Both the position numbers and the translations under genes were made by a program. A stretch of DNA of 64,000 nucleotides. It comes from Octopus sinensis (Eukaryota). The number at the start of each line of letters is the position of its first letter. Position 1 is the first letter of the stretch. Shown in pieces: positions 29,516 to 42,377 of this stretch. The stretch is from positions 146,320,001 to 146,384,000 of the forward strand of contig NC_042999.1 of assembly GCF_006345805.1 (NCBI RefSeq). Reading direction: 5' to 3'. The notes below the pieces were generated by a model. The model was not told where the DNA came from and did no database searches. It saw only the letters and a program-made list of their open reading frames with translations.

Positions 29516-29777
29516 TGTTTGTGTACTTCGATCGTTTTCCGTCCTTTCGTTGTATACATTCGAAGCTTTCTCCAGGGGATCTAATGCGCTTGGCTTAGAT
29601 TTCCCTTGGCGGGCTGGCCATATCGGAGCAATCTCAAGATTAATCAGCCGAAATTGCTAAGATGATCTGGTTCTTGACTGATGACTGAGGGCTTCGAATG
29701 TCCCGTCCTGTGGTTCTTGTGTCGTCTCTGTGGTGTTTCATGTTCTTGTCCATGTCTGTAATTAATTTTACTGTTTA

Positions 29778-29847
<70 letters not shown>

Positions 29848-30649
29848 CAAGTATATTTTAGCATATTTTTCTGGATATACAGAGAAATGGTTGCGCACAC
29901 ACCACATATACTACTGCATACATATGCGCATAACATAAATAGCAATATAACGGAATAATTTAATTGTATAAAAAAAGTTTTAATAAAATATAAAAAAAAG
30001 CCTGCTGTGCTTTACCATTACTGCCAAGACAAGCAACAGAAAATTAACAACAAGACAACTATTCTGTATCGCGACTAAGAACAACAAAAATTTTCTCAAA
30101 TTTCTAGTCCCATGCAGTGTCAGACATAATGAATTGATTCGTATGAATAGAAGAAGCCAAACGGACTGTATAGAAAAAATATAATAACGGACAGTTGAAA
30201 TATGCTGCCGGCTTCAAGCAAAGATATATTAATTTGACACATAAACATATAGGAACTTTTCCAAGTATTGTTCTGCACTTTATTACAACGATCTTACAGT
30301 TAAATATAGTTTGCCACGAAGTAAGATACTTTTTACGAAAATTTTTTAACTAGGTTAAGATAGAAAAGTTTTACACTAACGTGATCAAAACTATTATACT
30401 CACAAAATATCAGAAAAAAAAAACGAAAGAATAATTAAAGCTAAAAATGATTGTATTAATATGATAATATTATTTATTGTATTCTTATGTAAGAATATAC
30501 TACTTTCACGGCAACTGTCCATCGTACAAAATGTTCTTTAGAAGTATTTGTTTAGAAACATTATAGATTTTATTACGTGTTTCTATAGATTTTTAAAGCA
30601 CGCGTGTGTGTGGACCTTATGTTTTGATCTATGTTTGTAACCACATTCT

Positions 30650-31880
30650 TATTGCTTTCTCTTTTATACTTGCCGAGTCTGGAAAAAGCAGCAGTGGTCA
30701 TGAACCTTGCTGGCTCTCCCAGTCTGGCAAGACTGATGCTGTTTACACTGTTACATATCAACATTTGTTCGAAAGATATGAGCTGGCAGAAGATTAAAAA
30801 AGGATGTTATTCTGAAAATGAAGGATTGGACAAAGCGTTTATAGTGGGGAGAGGAGTGGTGAAGGCTGAGTGAAGGCTGGCGAGAGGTGGGGAGACGAAT
30901 AATTTCAGAGTGCCTGAGTGGTGGAGGTGCGAGACCAGTCAACTTCAATGACTTACGTTTGTGAGTCAAAGGTAGGAGTTTGTTAGTGATGGAATGCCAA
31001 TCAGCCGAGTAGCTCTTCCCTGGGTGCGGTCCAGTATATCAGGGTGCAGAGCAGTACTGCCCCAAGTGTAGGTGAATTATTCCATTGTGGACCACACATA
31101 AGTCTTGAAAAGTGTCAGCAGCTGTTGGGGTTGGCATTTCTTCTGGTCCTAAAAAATAGATGCTGTACTAGCTATGCTTGTAGGATGCGGTACTAGCTAT
31201 GCTAAGGATGTTCTTTAGTCAGAAGTTATCCTCAGTTATCCTGCATCTGGAGCAGCTGCGAAGGCTCTCGCTTAGTGTCACTCAAATTTAGAGATATAGA
31301 GTTGAGGGCATTTTCTTAATATGATTGGTGGTTGATTTTTGTTTCTGCTTTTAAAAGATACTAAGTTGGCGTGGCTCTATTGAAGGAAGCTATCAATGTC
31401 TCCGTTTACAGAACCAATGTGAGTTTAGAGCATTGTACTTAAATTTGCGAGAGGATGATGCATGGTTAGGAAAGCTTATAGATGACTGAAAGGCCGTGTT
31501 GTTTAATAAGGGTGGGTATTCTTCGACGTGACGGCAATCTGTTCATCGAGATATTGAGGAAAGAGATTGCCCTACAGAATCGATCCCCGGAGAACACAAG
31601 AGTTAATTGAGAGTAGAGCAGAAAGAACTCCGTCAAAAAATGCCGCAATAATGCGATATGAGAGAAAGCTTCTGGTCCAAAAGGTGACAAATGGATGGGA
31701 CCCATAGATGGTTAGTTTTAAAAGAAATTTGCATATCAGGTACAGTTGCGAACCCCTTGAGGAAAAACATCGTTATTGCAGGACATCTTCAGAACAAGAA
31801 CCCACCGGTGAGTGATATAAGAGAGAGCTCCAGTGGATCTGACTCTACGGAAGACACACTGGTAGTTAGTGAGGAGACAG
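30650..31880 (-). mobile_element. Decayed LINE (CR1/L2/Crack-like) RT and 3' region
   Basis: Fragments QQLLTLFKTYVWSTME, LDRTQGRATRLIG, and SFIFRITSFFNLLPAHIF typical of the LINE RT C-terminus; many stops. Boundaries approximate. Confidence 0.6.
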
Positions 31881-32009
31881 GGATTCTAGACCTACAGTTT
31901 TATATATAGGTTGTCATATTTACTGTTGCAATCCTAGGTAATCTATGTCTGAGTAAATAAAAGTAGTCCATTTGCGAATATACAGTTCTACATAGGCAGT
32001 GACCTGGAT

Positions 32010-32046
<37 letters not shown>

Positions 32047-32094
32047 TCGAAAAATACCTTAGGAATGAGAACCCAGGTTCGAAATATCGCCAAG

Positions 32095-32138
32095 ACACCT
32101 GATGAAGGCTGGAGGGTATATCAACCGAAACGTTGTGT
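32095..32138 (+). ncRNA. Minimal hammerhead motif, second family (repeat ~32045-32200)
   Basis: ACAC-CTGATGA-A-GGCTG(gagggtatat)CAACC-GAAA-CG-TT-GTGT; one stem II mismatch. Confidence 0.7.
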
Positions 32139-32294
32139 TAACAACAAACAATATGAGGACAAATATCCGTCAAATGTAAATAATGTAAATAATGTATATT
32201 TGCGAATATGTTTAAACGTAGACCTCTTTTCTATCATAACTGACGATGAGCTAAATAAACACAACAGTATTAACTTCAATGATATATTTCTTAC

Positions 32295-32418
32295 CTGCCC
32301 GTCCATTCTCCAATCCTAATATATTTATATTCAATATCATCTCTTTGATATTGGTAAACATCATAGCGACCTGGTCCATCGCCTTTTTCATTAAATTCTA
32401 CTGTTTCATCAGCGATAC
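32295..32418 (-). CDS. mGluR: mGluR internal exon (end of Venus flytrap domain)
   Basis: ccattgcag|GT ATC...GGC AG|gtaaga; 124 nt, phase 1/2. Translates (G)[40 protein letters not shown](S), matching FNE.GD.PGRYD..QYQ and IG.W. Confidence 0.95.
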
Positions 32419-33847
32419 CTGCAATGGATTATAAATTAAAAAAAAGTTATATATATATATATGGCAGTAAGATATCCGGTGTTGTTCTAGAAATAAACAG
32501 AATTTGATTATTAAAAAAAAAAATGAATCGTTATGGTAATTCTGCATAAATATCTTATTTGAAACCCTACGCTTATATTCCTTGTAACAAATATACATTG
32601 TTCAATAGATACTTACCAACTGCAAAACACAGAGAAACAATTCTTAGCGAAAGGCGCCGTGAAAAACTAAAACCACCATTATAATTCGTTTTTGGATTTG
32701 GTTTGCAAGATTCTTTATATGAGTTCGTGTGTTGAAGCATATTCTGTTGTGTCTCGGGAGAGTCATTTTCTTTTTGTGCCTTATAATGTAACACACTCAC
32801 CAGTAAAATTTCCACTTATTTCTACTTATTTCTTATTTTTTATTTTTTTATTTTATAAGTTTTCTTTTTTTTTACCTTGAGCATTGACATGAAAAGTTTT
32901 CTCACTTTCAACCCTTAAGCAACCAATGAATTGCTTTTCATGAGGAGAGCAGGTCCTTTCCAAATACTCCTCGGCTACTTTCAACATTCGGCCTTGCGCT
33001 ACATTCACGTCCATTGCGAAACCTTAGCATATGGCGATATGGAGTATTTTGAAGTGAAATGGTAAATCAGCAGGAATTCTAAGGATTATCACAATGAATA
33101 TGTTTTCTCCTTTACCAACCTCAGCAGATATTGTAACCTTCAAAATTCTTATTATACAGTCATGGTGGATTTAAATTACAAAGAAGTTTCATGGGGGTGC
33201 TTATCTCAAAGCAATATAGTGGAATTCTTGAAGGTTCTTTTAAATTTAGACACTTCTTGACGTCGATTAGGAATTGTATGGAGCGACTTATAGTCGTAAT
33301 TCTTACAAAGTAAACGCTACAAAAATATATTTCTGATAGCTTTCAGAAACAATCAGGAAGATCATTTCTTTCAATTCACTAAAGGATGATTTTGCTGTTG
33401 TCATATCAACTCTTTCTTGCGCTTCTGGTTTGCATTTATCATTGACTACTTGTAGAAATTTGTAAATTTCCATGTAGTTATCTACATGGAAATTTACAAA
33501 TTTACAAATTAGCAGATGAAAGTAATTTTGTTACCTTTTTTCAAGGATACTAAGACTTTAAACAAAATTTAAGTTCATCTGTTGGACCAACAAGTAGCGA
33601 TTGTCTGAACTCATTTACTTCTATTATATTTCCTGTTTCCAGAAAAACGCCACAATTTTTCTTTCATATTTAAACGCAATTGAACGTGTTGTCATTTGAA
33701 GTAGACGTAGTTGAAACCATGTGAAAGAAGAGCGACAAAGCTTTAACGGTTTCTGAAATACTGATTTCAAATCCTGGCACAAGGCCAGCAATTTTGGATG
33801 AGGGAGTAAGTCGATAACATCTACCCCTACAGCTCAACTAGTGCTTA

Positions 33848-35141
33848 CGAGACAGTATCAAAAGTTCTCGGACTAGTTCTGTTGCGCGCCAACAGATGGA
33901 AGCACACGGTTGCGTGTGTAATGAGAGCTAGCAGTAACCCCCATAAGGCAGTGTACCGAGTGACAGCGCTGTGTTTTTGTAATCACGTGTATGCTGTAGT
34001 CTGTGATTGCTTTCATGGACAATAAATTAGAACAAAGAGCCAACGTGAAATTTTACGCTAAACTTGGGAAGTCTGCTACGGAAATATTGAGCATGTTTCG
34101 GCAAGCTTACGGCAACGAGGCAATGGATCGCACGCAATGTTTCGAGTGACACAGGTGCTTCAAAGCTGAAGAACGTCCCTGGAAGATGATGAGCGATCTG
34201 GAAGACCTGCCACGAGCGTCATCCCTGGAATTTTGGAGAAAATTCATCAGCCTGTGCATGAGAATCGCCGGAAGACAATCAACGACATCGTTGATGTAGT
34301 TGGTCTGTCGTATGAGTCTTTGCAGGCAATCCTAATGTCTGGATTGAACATGCGGCGTGTCTTCCCAAGTTTGTCCCTCGCCTGTTGACTACTGAGCTGA
34401 AAGAAAGTCGCGTCGAAGGCTGGAAAGATCTCAGTCAGCGTGCCACTGATGACCCATCTTTTACATCGAAGGTCATCATCAATGACGAGAGATGGGTCTA
34501 TGGGTACGAGCCTGAGACGAAGAAGTTGTCATCACAATGGAAGAGGCCTTCATCTTCACGACTGAAGAAGACATGGCAGAGCCGCAGCTCAATGAAGAGC
34601 ATGCTCATCGTTGTTTTCGACATCCGCGGTATTATACATCGAGAAATGGTCCCCCAGGACCAGAACCTCATTCGAGCGTTCTACTGCGATGTTTTGAAGC
34701 GTTTGAGAGAGGACATTCAGTGAAAGTAACCAGATCTGTGGAGCATGAAGAAATGGATTCTTCACACCGACAATGCACCCTGTCACCGAGCTCTCCTCAC
34801 TCGTGAGTAGTTTCTTGCCAAAAACAACATGGCATAACTTCCGCACTCACCCTATTCGCCACATTTAGCACCCGTGGACTTCCATCTCTTTCCCAAAATG
34901 AAAAGGCAGCTCAGGGGTCGCCGGTTTAACAACGTCGTCGAAGTCCAGAGCGAATCACAGAAGGCCCTCGACTCCTAACGCAAAAGAACTTCTAGGTCAG
35001 GTTCCAAAAGTAGCAGGAATACTGGGACCGGTGTTTTCTGCGCCAAGGGATTTTTTTCGAAGGAAACGATGTCAAAACTTAAATAATAAGTTAGTTTTTG
35101 ATTAAATATAAATAGGCCGGGAAGATTTTGATACCACCTCG
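33848..35141 (+). mobile_element. Mariner (Tc1/mariner, DD34D-type) transposon, full length, decayed
   Basis: ~28-bp imperfect TIRs (ta|cgagacagtatcaaaagttctcggact and aggccgggaagattttgataccacctcg|ta), TA duplication, 1294 bp. Transposase from ATG 34015 with EQRANVKF, DDERSGRP, KFVPRLL, DERWVYGYEPETK, HTDNAPCH, PYSPHLAP; several stops and frameshifts. Confidence 0.93.
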
Positions 35142-36614
35142 TATTTTATCGATCCCGAAAGGATGAAAGGTAAAGTCGACTTCGGTGGAATTTGAACTCA
35201 GAACGTAAAGACGGACAAAATACCGCTAAGTATTTTATCTGGCGTGATAACGATTCGGCGAGCTTGTCGCCTTAATGATTTCTGAAATATTCTTAATATT
35301 TATTTACGAATATCACAGATTTAAATGAAATACACTGAAGCTGTACAGATCGATAAAAATATTGGAGCAACAGTTAGATGAAGACTAATAATATATACAT
35401 GATTTTCTGGGTATTGTAATTTGTTTTCGAATAACACACCACATACGAATAAATTCACACACACACACACACAGACACACCCGCACACGCACGCGCGCGC
35501 ACACACACACTAACACACACACACTAACACTAACACACAGACACACTCATAGACACACACTCACGCACAATTTTATGTTGATAAAAAATACAATATTTAT
35601 GTGAAGCATTTCTCTATGAATCAGACACGCCGTCGTTTATCAGCCAGTAATTAACAAAGATTAGCCACTTTTTCCGAAAGTGTTTTCTTTTTAATAAGAA
35701 CTTTCTTGACCTACAGTTGCCTCAGCCATAGGCTTGTTTGCTATCAAATCTGTGTGGTAAATAAATTTACTACACAGCTTGCCTGATACAAATATTCTTG
35801 ATTTTGCTAATTGTTACGCCAAAACTGATTTATAAGATTAGGTTATGACTTAATAATACAAAACTCTCATTTACCGTTTCTGCATTTCGAATAATAATCA
35901 GAAAACACTTGAAGCATGCCAGGTAAGTTTCCCCCAGATATTAAACATTTAAACATGATTGTACTGCATTACTAAATGGACCAAGAGAAGCTCACTTAAT
36001 TTTGACTGCAGAGAAACGCAATGAGAGAAGATGGAAATTTTCAGCTTAGCTAAGAGTTAGCCGTAAGGTGGCGCTTGGCCGTGTCAAAAAGTGAATATTT
36101 TGTGTTTACGTTCTTGGCCTTCTCAGAAAACAGCAAGGAAATTGCAGATCGAAATGGAAAAACAATGTTAGTATGAAAGATTTCATAGTCTGGGCTCGGC
36201 TGTACTATATTATTCCATTGTATATAGACTGATCGGTTTGGTCCACAGCTTCTTATTCAGTGTTATCGGAAAAAAACTTTTTCTGTTTGATTTGCGATCT
36301 GCTACCCAAGAGACGAGCAACTCATTTGATCCAATTTGAAACTATGCAAGAAATATATACAACTGAACTCCTCACAATAAATAAAATCATTAATTTAGAT
36401 TTTGTTGAGATATTGTGAAATAAGTCTATTTCACTGACACACTCAATAATACACTATACATATTTCTAGCATAACTCTGTATCAAAAACTAAAAATGCAC
36501 GTGGCTACGTGGCTATGTGGGCGCCTGAATTACTAAAGGCAATTTTAATGAGTACACACAAACACACACATGCACATAATATGCATACATTTATATATGT
36601 ATGTCTATATATAC

Positions 36615-36646
<32 letters not shown>

Positions 36647-36698
36647 GCGTATATACATATATATATATATGTATATATATATGTATATATACATATGT

Positions 36699-36733
<35 letters not shown>

Positions 36734-36763
36734 AATACACAATACACACACACACACACACAC

Positions 36764-36887
<124 letters not shown>

Positions 36888-37008
36888 AATGAGGTAATCA
36901 GATAAGATGGTTCATATTTGTAGATATTTATTTATATATTACATTTTTTACATATATATCATATCATATCATTCGGATTAGCGCTTTCTCCCAGTCTAGT
37001 GGGCTTTT

Positions 37009-37055
<47 letters not shown>

Positions 37056-38879
37056 CAATTATGTGTGCAAAAATGTATGTGAGTGTGTTTTTAAGAGCAA
37101 CACTGCAGGAAGCTAACGAAACACTCATTATTTTTCCTCTCTGTAGAGTTTGAAATTGTTCCTATTCTGTGGTACCAATTTACAGTTAGGTGATCTAAAG
37201 CATTTAAAATATAATACGTCCATAATAACTTCAACGCTACACGAAAAATAGCATATGAACAGCCGATCGTTTTGACTGGAAATCCGCCTGTCATGTTACT
37301 CAGTAGAACGACACTGATTCTGTGTTTAAAATACAGCTCCTTTTTCTAGTTGACGAACAAGCAAAGTCACCTGAGCATAGAAAATACCTTGTCTCACCTC
37401 TCTACGTACTGAGAGTGCCTATTCTTTGTGTACTGAGTTCCTGAGGGGAAGACAATCCCTCGCTTGGTTTAACATCCCTACTTTATGTTTTGGGTGTCTC
37501 TCCTGAATCAATTTGTTTGAAGGTAATTTCTTCTCTTCCTCCAAATCAGTTTTGAAAATATAAAGGATCAGAAGAGGTAGTCTTCCTGCCCAGACTAAAA
37601 CGTAAAAAAAATGCCAAATTTTTTTCCGAAATTTTGTAAAGGAATGCGTGTGTTCGTTGGTTATAAACTTTACAGGGAAGATATGAAGATAGAAACCTAT
37701 CAGCGTCAAAAATTTCGGACAGATTTCTTTTCGTAATCAGCTATATGATGATGTTTATGAAATAAGTAACACGTCAATTGTATATGAACCTATAAGACAC
37801 TAATTGCAGCCAAATCGCCCTCAAATTAAAAACCCCCTTCTTAAAAGTAGAAACACATACCAGATAATGTAGTGCTAATTCACATATGTGTGAAAAAAGA
37901 GAAGGTCACAACCAGAAAGTCATTGTTCTTAGGGAGTCTCGAACAAGCTTGATAAACAACACTTAAAGACGTAAGAAATCAAATAAATTAAAGTATGCAG
38001 GAGTAAAGCAATTAGCCAATTACTCTATTAACGTATCTATTTAATAAAAATAATGACATCTCAGGCGATTAAGAACTTATCAGAAGCAGACATTCTGAAT
38101 CCAAACTGTCTGTTTGCCTTCGGTTGTAAGAATTAGGAACCTGAAAATAAATAGGATTAGCGCTTGCAAATTTAATTGAGAGAGAATCAGGCAACAACAC
38201 GTCAGCGAGTGAAGTGAGCAACTGTTGAACAGAGGATTATGACTAAACAGTGTCGATTGGAAATTTTCGATAGCTCAGAATTAATTATCTCTGAAAATCA
38301 TCGAACCACAATCAATCGCTAAAAGCATGCACTCACATTTCTACTGTTGACTTTTGCAAGTATTTCGTCTAATATTTCCCCAGCAGCAATGATTTGTATA
38401 AGTAACACTAAGCGATATGTTGACACATACAGTGGTTCACTAGCAAACAAAAGCACACAAATATAGTGTATGAGCGTGCATGTAAAAATATATGCATGCA
38501 TGCATGCATGCATGCATACATACATACATACATACATACATACATACATACATACATACATACATACATACATACATACATACATACATACATACATACA
38601 TAAACATATGTATGTATGCATGTTTCACTGGTACTTAATTTATCGACCCTGAAAGGATGAAAAGCAAAGTCGACCTCAGCGGAATTTGAACTTAGAACGT
38701 AGCGACGGGCGCAATACCACCAAGCATTCCGTCCAGCGTGTTAATGAGTCTGCCAGCACGCCGCTTTATCTTTATATGGTAATGATAATGAAATTATTGT
38801 ACATAGTGCTCAGATGCACTATAACTCATCAAAGGTGTTTGTACAGTGCATAGAATTCTGTACAAGAGTCAGGAAAGTG

Positions 38880-39700
38880 AACAATGTATGAGTCATGATA
38901 TATATGTGTGCATGCGTATGGAGTGGGGGAATATCAAGTGTAGTATTGGCGAATTTCAATGAAGCATGGAGCTTTTAAAGGATGCAATGTCTCGGCAGCT
39001 AATAAATGATGCAGGTAGTTTATTCCATGCTTCAGCAATTTTGAGTGTGAAAAAATGTTTCCGAAACTCATGGGAGCTGTGCTGTTCTTTGGCTTTGTAG
39101 GCATACCCACGTGTGTTAGACACACAGAATTAAAAAAGGTGCTTGAGGTTGTTGTTTGCACAATGGTTAGTAATTTTGTGGGTGTTTACCAAGTCAGTTG
39201 CCAAAAGTCGGAGACTAAATGTATCCATACCCAGGGAAGCAAGACGTTCAGAATGTGGTAGATGCCTGATGGATGGGATTCGCTTGGCAGTACGTCTCTG
39301 AACAGTTTCCAGGAGGTCGATATCCTGAGTAAGATTGGGGTTCCAAACTGGTGACGTAAATTCCAAGTGTGGCCGCACCATAACCATATACAAACTTAAA
39401 TAGATAGCTGTAGAGCTGCTGACAAAGGTCTTACTGAGTGATGCCTAGACACCCTGGGCCATCTGACAATTTTAGAGATGTGCTTTGTCCAGTGCAAATC
39501 GCCGCTGACAGTAATGCCCAGGACACATTCACAGAAAGATTTCTTGATATTAGTGTTGTGGAGAGAGTATGGGAACGCTGGTTTTTTTCTCAAAAATGGT
39601 ACACCTGTCCACAGCCAGCTTGTAGATTATGTTTTGATGGCAGTGAGCAAATCCAAACTTCGAAGTCGCAGATAACTCTTTTACTTGTAGAAATATATAT
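38880..39700 (-). mobile_element. Decayed CR1/L2-type LINE 3' portion
   Basis: LGITVSGDLHWTKHI, YMVMVRPHLEFTSPVWNP...DIDLLETVQRR..KRIP, ERLASLG. Confidence 0.85.
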
Positions 39701-39993
39701 CTGCTCTACTAAAAAGTAGTAATTCTTCAGTTAAACATTAAATTGTTTGTGTATTTAACGTTATAAAAAGACGAACATTTATATATATATATACATATAG
39801 GCGCAGGCGTGGCTGTGCGGTAATAAACTTCCTTCCCAACCATATGGCTCCAGGTTCAGTTCTCGTGCTTGGCTCCTCAGAGTGACTATAGCCTTGTATG
39901 TAGATTTGATAGATGGAAACTGAAACTGAAAGCCCGTTGTGCATATATATAACAAAGTGGAGCTGTAAGGTACCGCACGAGTGGAAATATATA

Positions 39994-40209
39994 CGAAAGA
40001 AGGTTTGAAAATGCAATTTTAAAAGATGTTTATTTACTTTACCGGTTTCACTCTTTATAAAAAGATTGTCAAAAGTAACATGTGGAAGTTTGGTTGTGTT
40101 AATTATTGGTTGTCACAAAATAAGTTACTTTTGACAATCTTTTTCTAAAGAGTGAAACCGGTAAAGTAAATAAACATCTTTTAAAATTGCATTTTCAAAC
40201 CTTCTTTCA
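39994..40209. mobile_element. Young hairpin MITE: 86-bp TIRs, 44-bp spacer, TA flanks
   Basis: Arms 39994-40079 and 40124-40209 differ at 2 positions by my alignment. Confidence 0.85.
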
Positions 40210-40320
40210 TATATATATATATATATATATATAGATATATATATATGTGTGTGTGTGTGTGTGTACCGTTGGCGATTTTTTTCCTCCGTCTTCCCTTCTC
40301 GGGATCTTTCCTTTTCCTAT

Positions 40321-40355
40321 GTTTCTGACGAAGAGCTCCGCTCGAAACGTAAAAC
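40321..40355 (+). ncRNA. Minimal type-I hammerhead ribozyme motif in a Penelope-type repeat (~40245-40460)
   Basis: GTTT-CTGACGA-A-GAGC(TCC)GCTC-GAAA-CG-TA-AAAC: complete core, 4-bp stem I, 4-bp stem II, palindromic ACGT stem III, GUA site. Confidence 0.75.
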
Positions 40356-40464
40356 CCTCCTTCTTCCCTTCCTTCCTGAGCGTCCAATAATACTATATTT
40401 GTTCCACGTCCTCGCGTTGTGTTTTCTCTTCGTGTTTTCATGTTTGTATTAACTTTAATATATA

Positions 40465-40495
<31 letters not shown>

Positions 40496-40969
40496 AATTC
40501 CTCATATGTGTGTGAATGAATGTATATGTGTATATATATTATATGCATGTATATTTCTTATATAAAATATAGTATATAGCAAATAATATTTGTTCAATAT
40601 ACAAGTAAGATATAACATATACTCTGATACGTTGTTTTCATTTATGGTATTTCATGATTTTCCCCCATCCATTTTGTTTCATTTTGAAATTTTGGATATT
40701 GCTAAAATATAGTGAAATGCGGCGTAATAAGGAAGAAGAGTCATAAAGAGTAATGGAACGCTAAGTCATGCAGTGATACACAAAAGTAATCAGTTAATGG
40801 GATACATCGGCGTCCGGTTAAAAGGAAGAAATCCATTTTTTGGATTGAGTCCAGCGACATGCTGCAACACCGGCGTCTGATACTTCATAAGTAGAAGGAA
40901 AAATAATTGCCCATACTTTTTTAATAACAGAATATGCTTCTAACAAAGTAATTCTATGCTCAGCTGACG

Positions 40970-41153
40970 TGTCGTCGTCGTCTTCTTCTTCTTCTTCTTC
41001 TTCTTCTTCTTCTTCTTCTCTTCTTCTTCTTCTTCTTCTTCTTCTTCTTCTTCTTCTTCTTCTTCTTCTTCTTCTTCTTCTTCTCTCCTCCTCCTCCTCC
41101 TCCTCCTTCTTCTTCTTCTTCTTCTTCTTCTTCTTCTTCTTCTTCTTCTTCTT

Positions 41154-41184
<31 letters not shown>

Positions 41185-41195
41185 TTATTATTATT
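40970..41195. repeat. Microsatellites (representative: (TCT)n)
   Basis: Other large arrays: (CAT)n 1640-1790; (AAT)n 11690-11935, 16837-16970, 17331-17460; (GA)n 23765-23825, 25695-25780; (TA/CA)n 36560-36880, 59700-59920; (TAC/TAA)n 58060-58220; (TATG)n 62300-62460, 62980-63100. Confidence 0.95.
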
Positions 41196-42335
41196 ATTTC
41201 GACTATCTCGCAGTCACCTCATGTTATTTTATCAAGAAACCATCCACAATAGATGTCTCAAAGCTTAGAGCCCATCGAACATCTTTTATAGCTGCATTTG
41301 AGCTCCTTAACTGTATCTATTCAAGGCAGCAAGCTGACAGGATCTCGTAGGAAAAGATTGCTTAGCGGCATTTCTTCTGACTTAACGTTCTGAGTTCAAA
41401 TTCCGCCGGGATCATCTTTGCGTTCACCCTTTCGGCGTCGATAAAATAAGTACCAGTTGACCACTTTAGTCGAGATAATCAACATACGTCCACTTCCCGC
41501 GAAATTGCTGGACTTGTGTCAAGATTTGAAACTAATGTGATTTGTCCAGTTCAATCAACCAAGTGGCAAACGATTCTCTTGTCACCCATTTCATTTCTGT
41601 TGGCATCATATTTACTTCAAAGATAATTTACGTTGTTGAAGCTTCTTGAATCTTTTATCGTCCAATAACAAGGAATATAATTTCTCAGCTTCTAACATCA
41701 CAGTTAAGAGTTGTTTTGACTTCTTTCCTCTTTTGCAGGAGTGTCCTCTGGTTGTTAGAATACTTTGCGGTAACAACTGATGAAAAGAACATTTGTTTCC
41801 TCAATATTAAATATAAATTTCTCATGAAGAAATAATTTTCATTTTATTTTTTTTTTGTACTGAATCCCTTGTTTGTATTGAAACACATATTTTATTATCG
41901 TGTCTGTTGTGTATGTGTGTTTGTGTAACTTTAACATCAAAATATATCTTTGGGTTTCGGAAATCAGCGTGTGATAGAAAGTGATAGCAATGCAGACAGA
42001 TTATTAAGAATAAAAAAAAATAACGACAATATTGGCTTCAATTTTGGCCCAAGACCAGCAACTACGACGGAGGGGGTAAATTGATTACATCGACCCCCAG
42101 TGATCAACTGGTACTTATTTTATCGACCCTGACAAGACGAAAGGTAAAGTTGACCTCGACCAATTTTGAACTCACAACTTGAAAGCGGACGAAATACCGT
42201 TTAGCATTTCTACCGCTGTGTCAACGATTCTATCAGCTCGCCATCTTACACGATATTGAAATATTACTTCAAAAGTGCTTTGTTTAATTATTTGTGATAT
42301 TACTGTTTAAGAATTTTACTATGGCTTCAAGAAAC

Positions 42336-42377
<42 letters not shown>

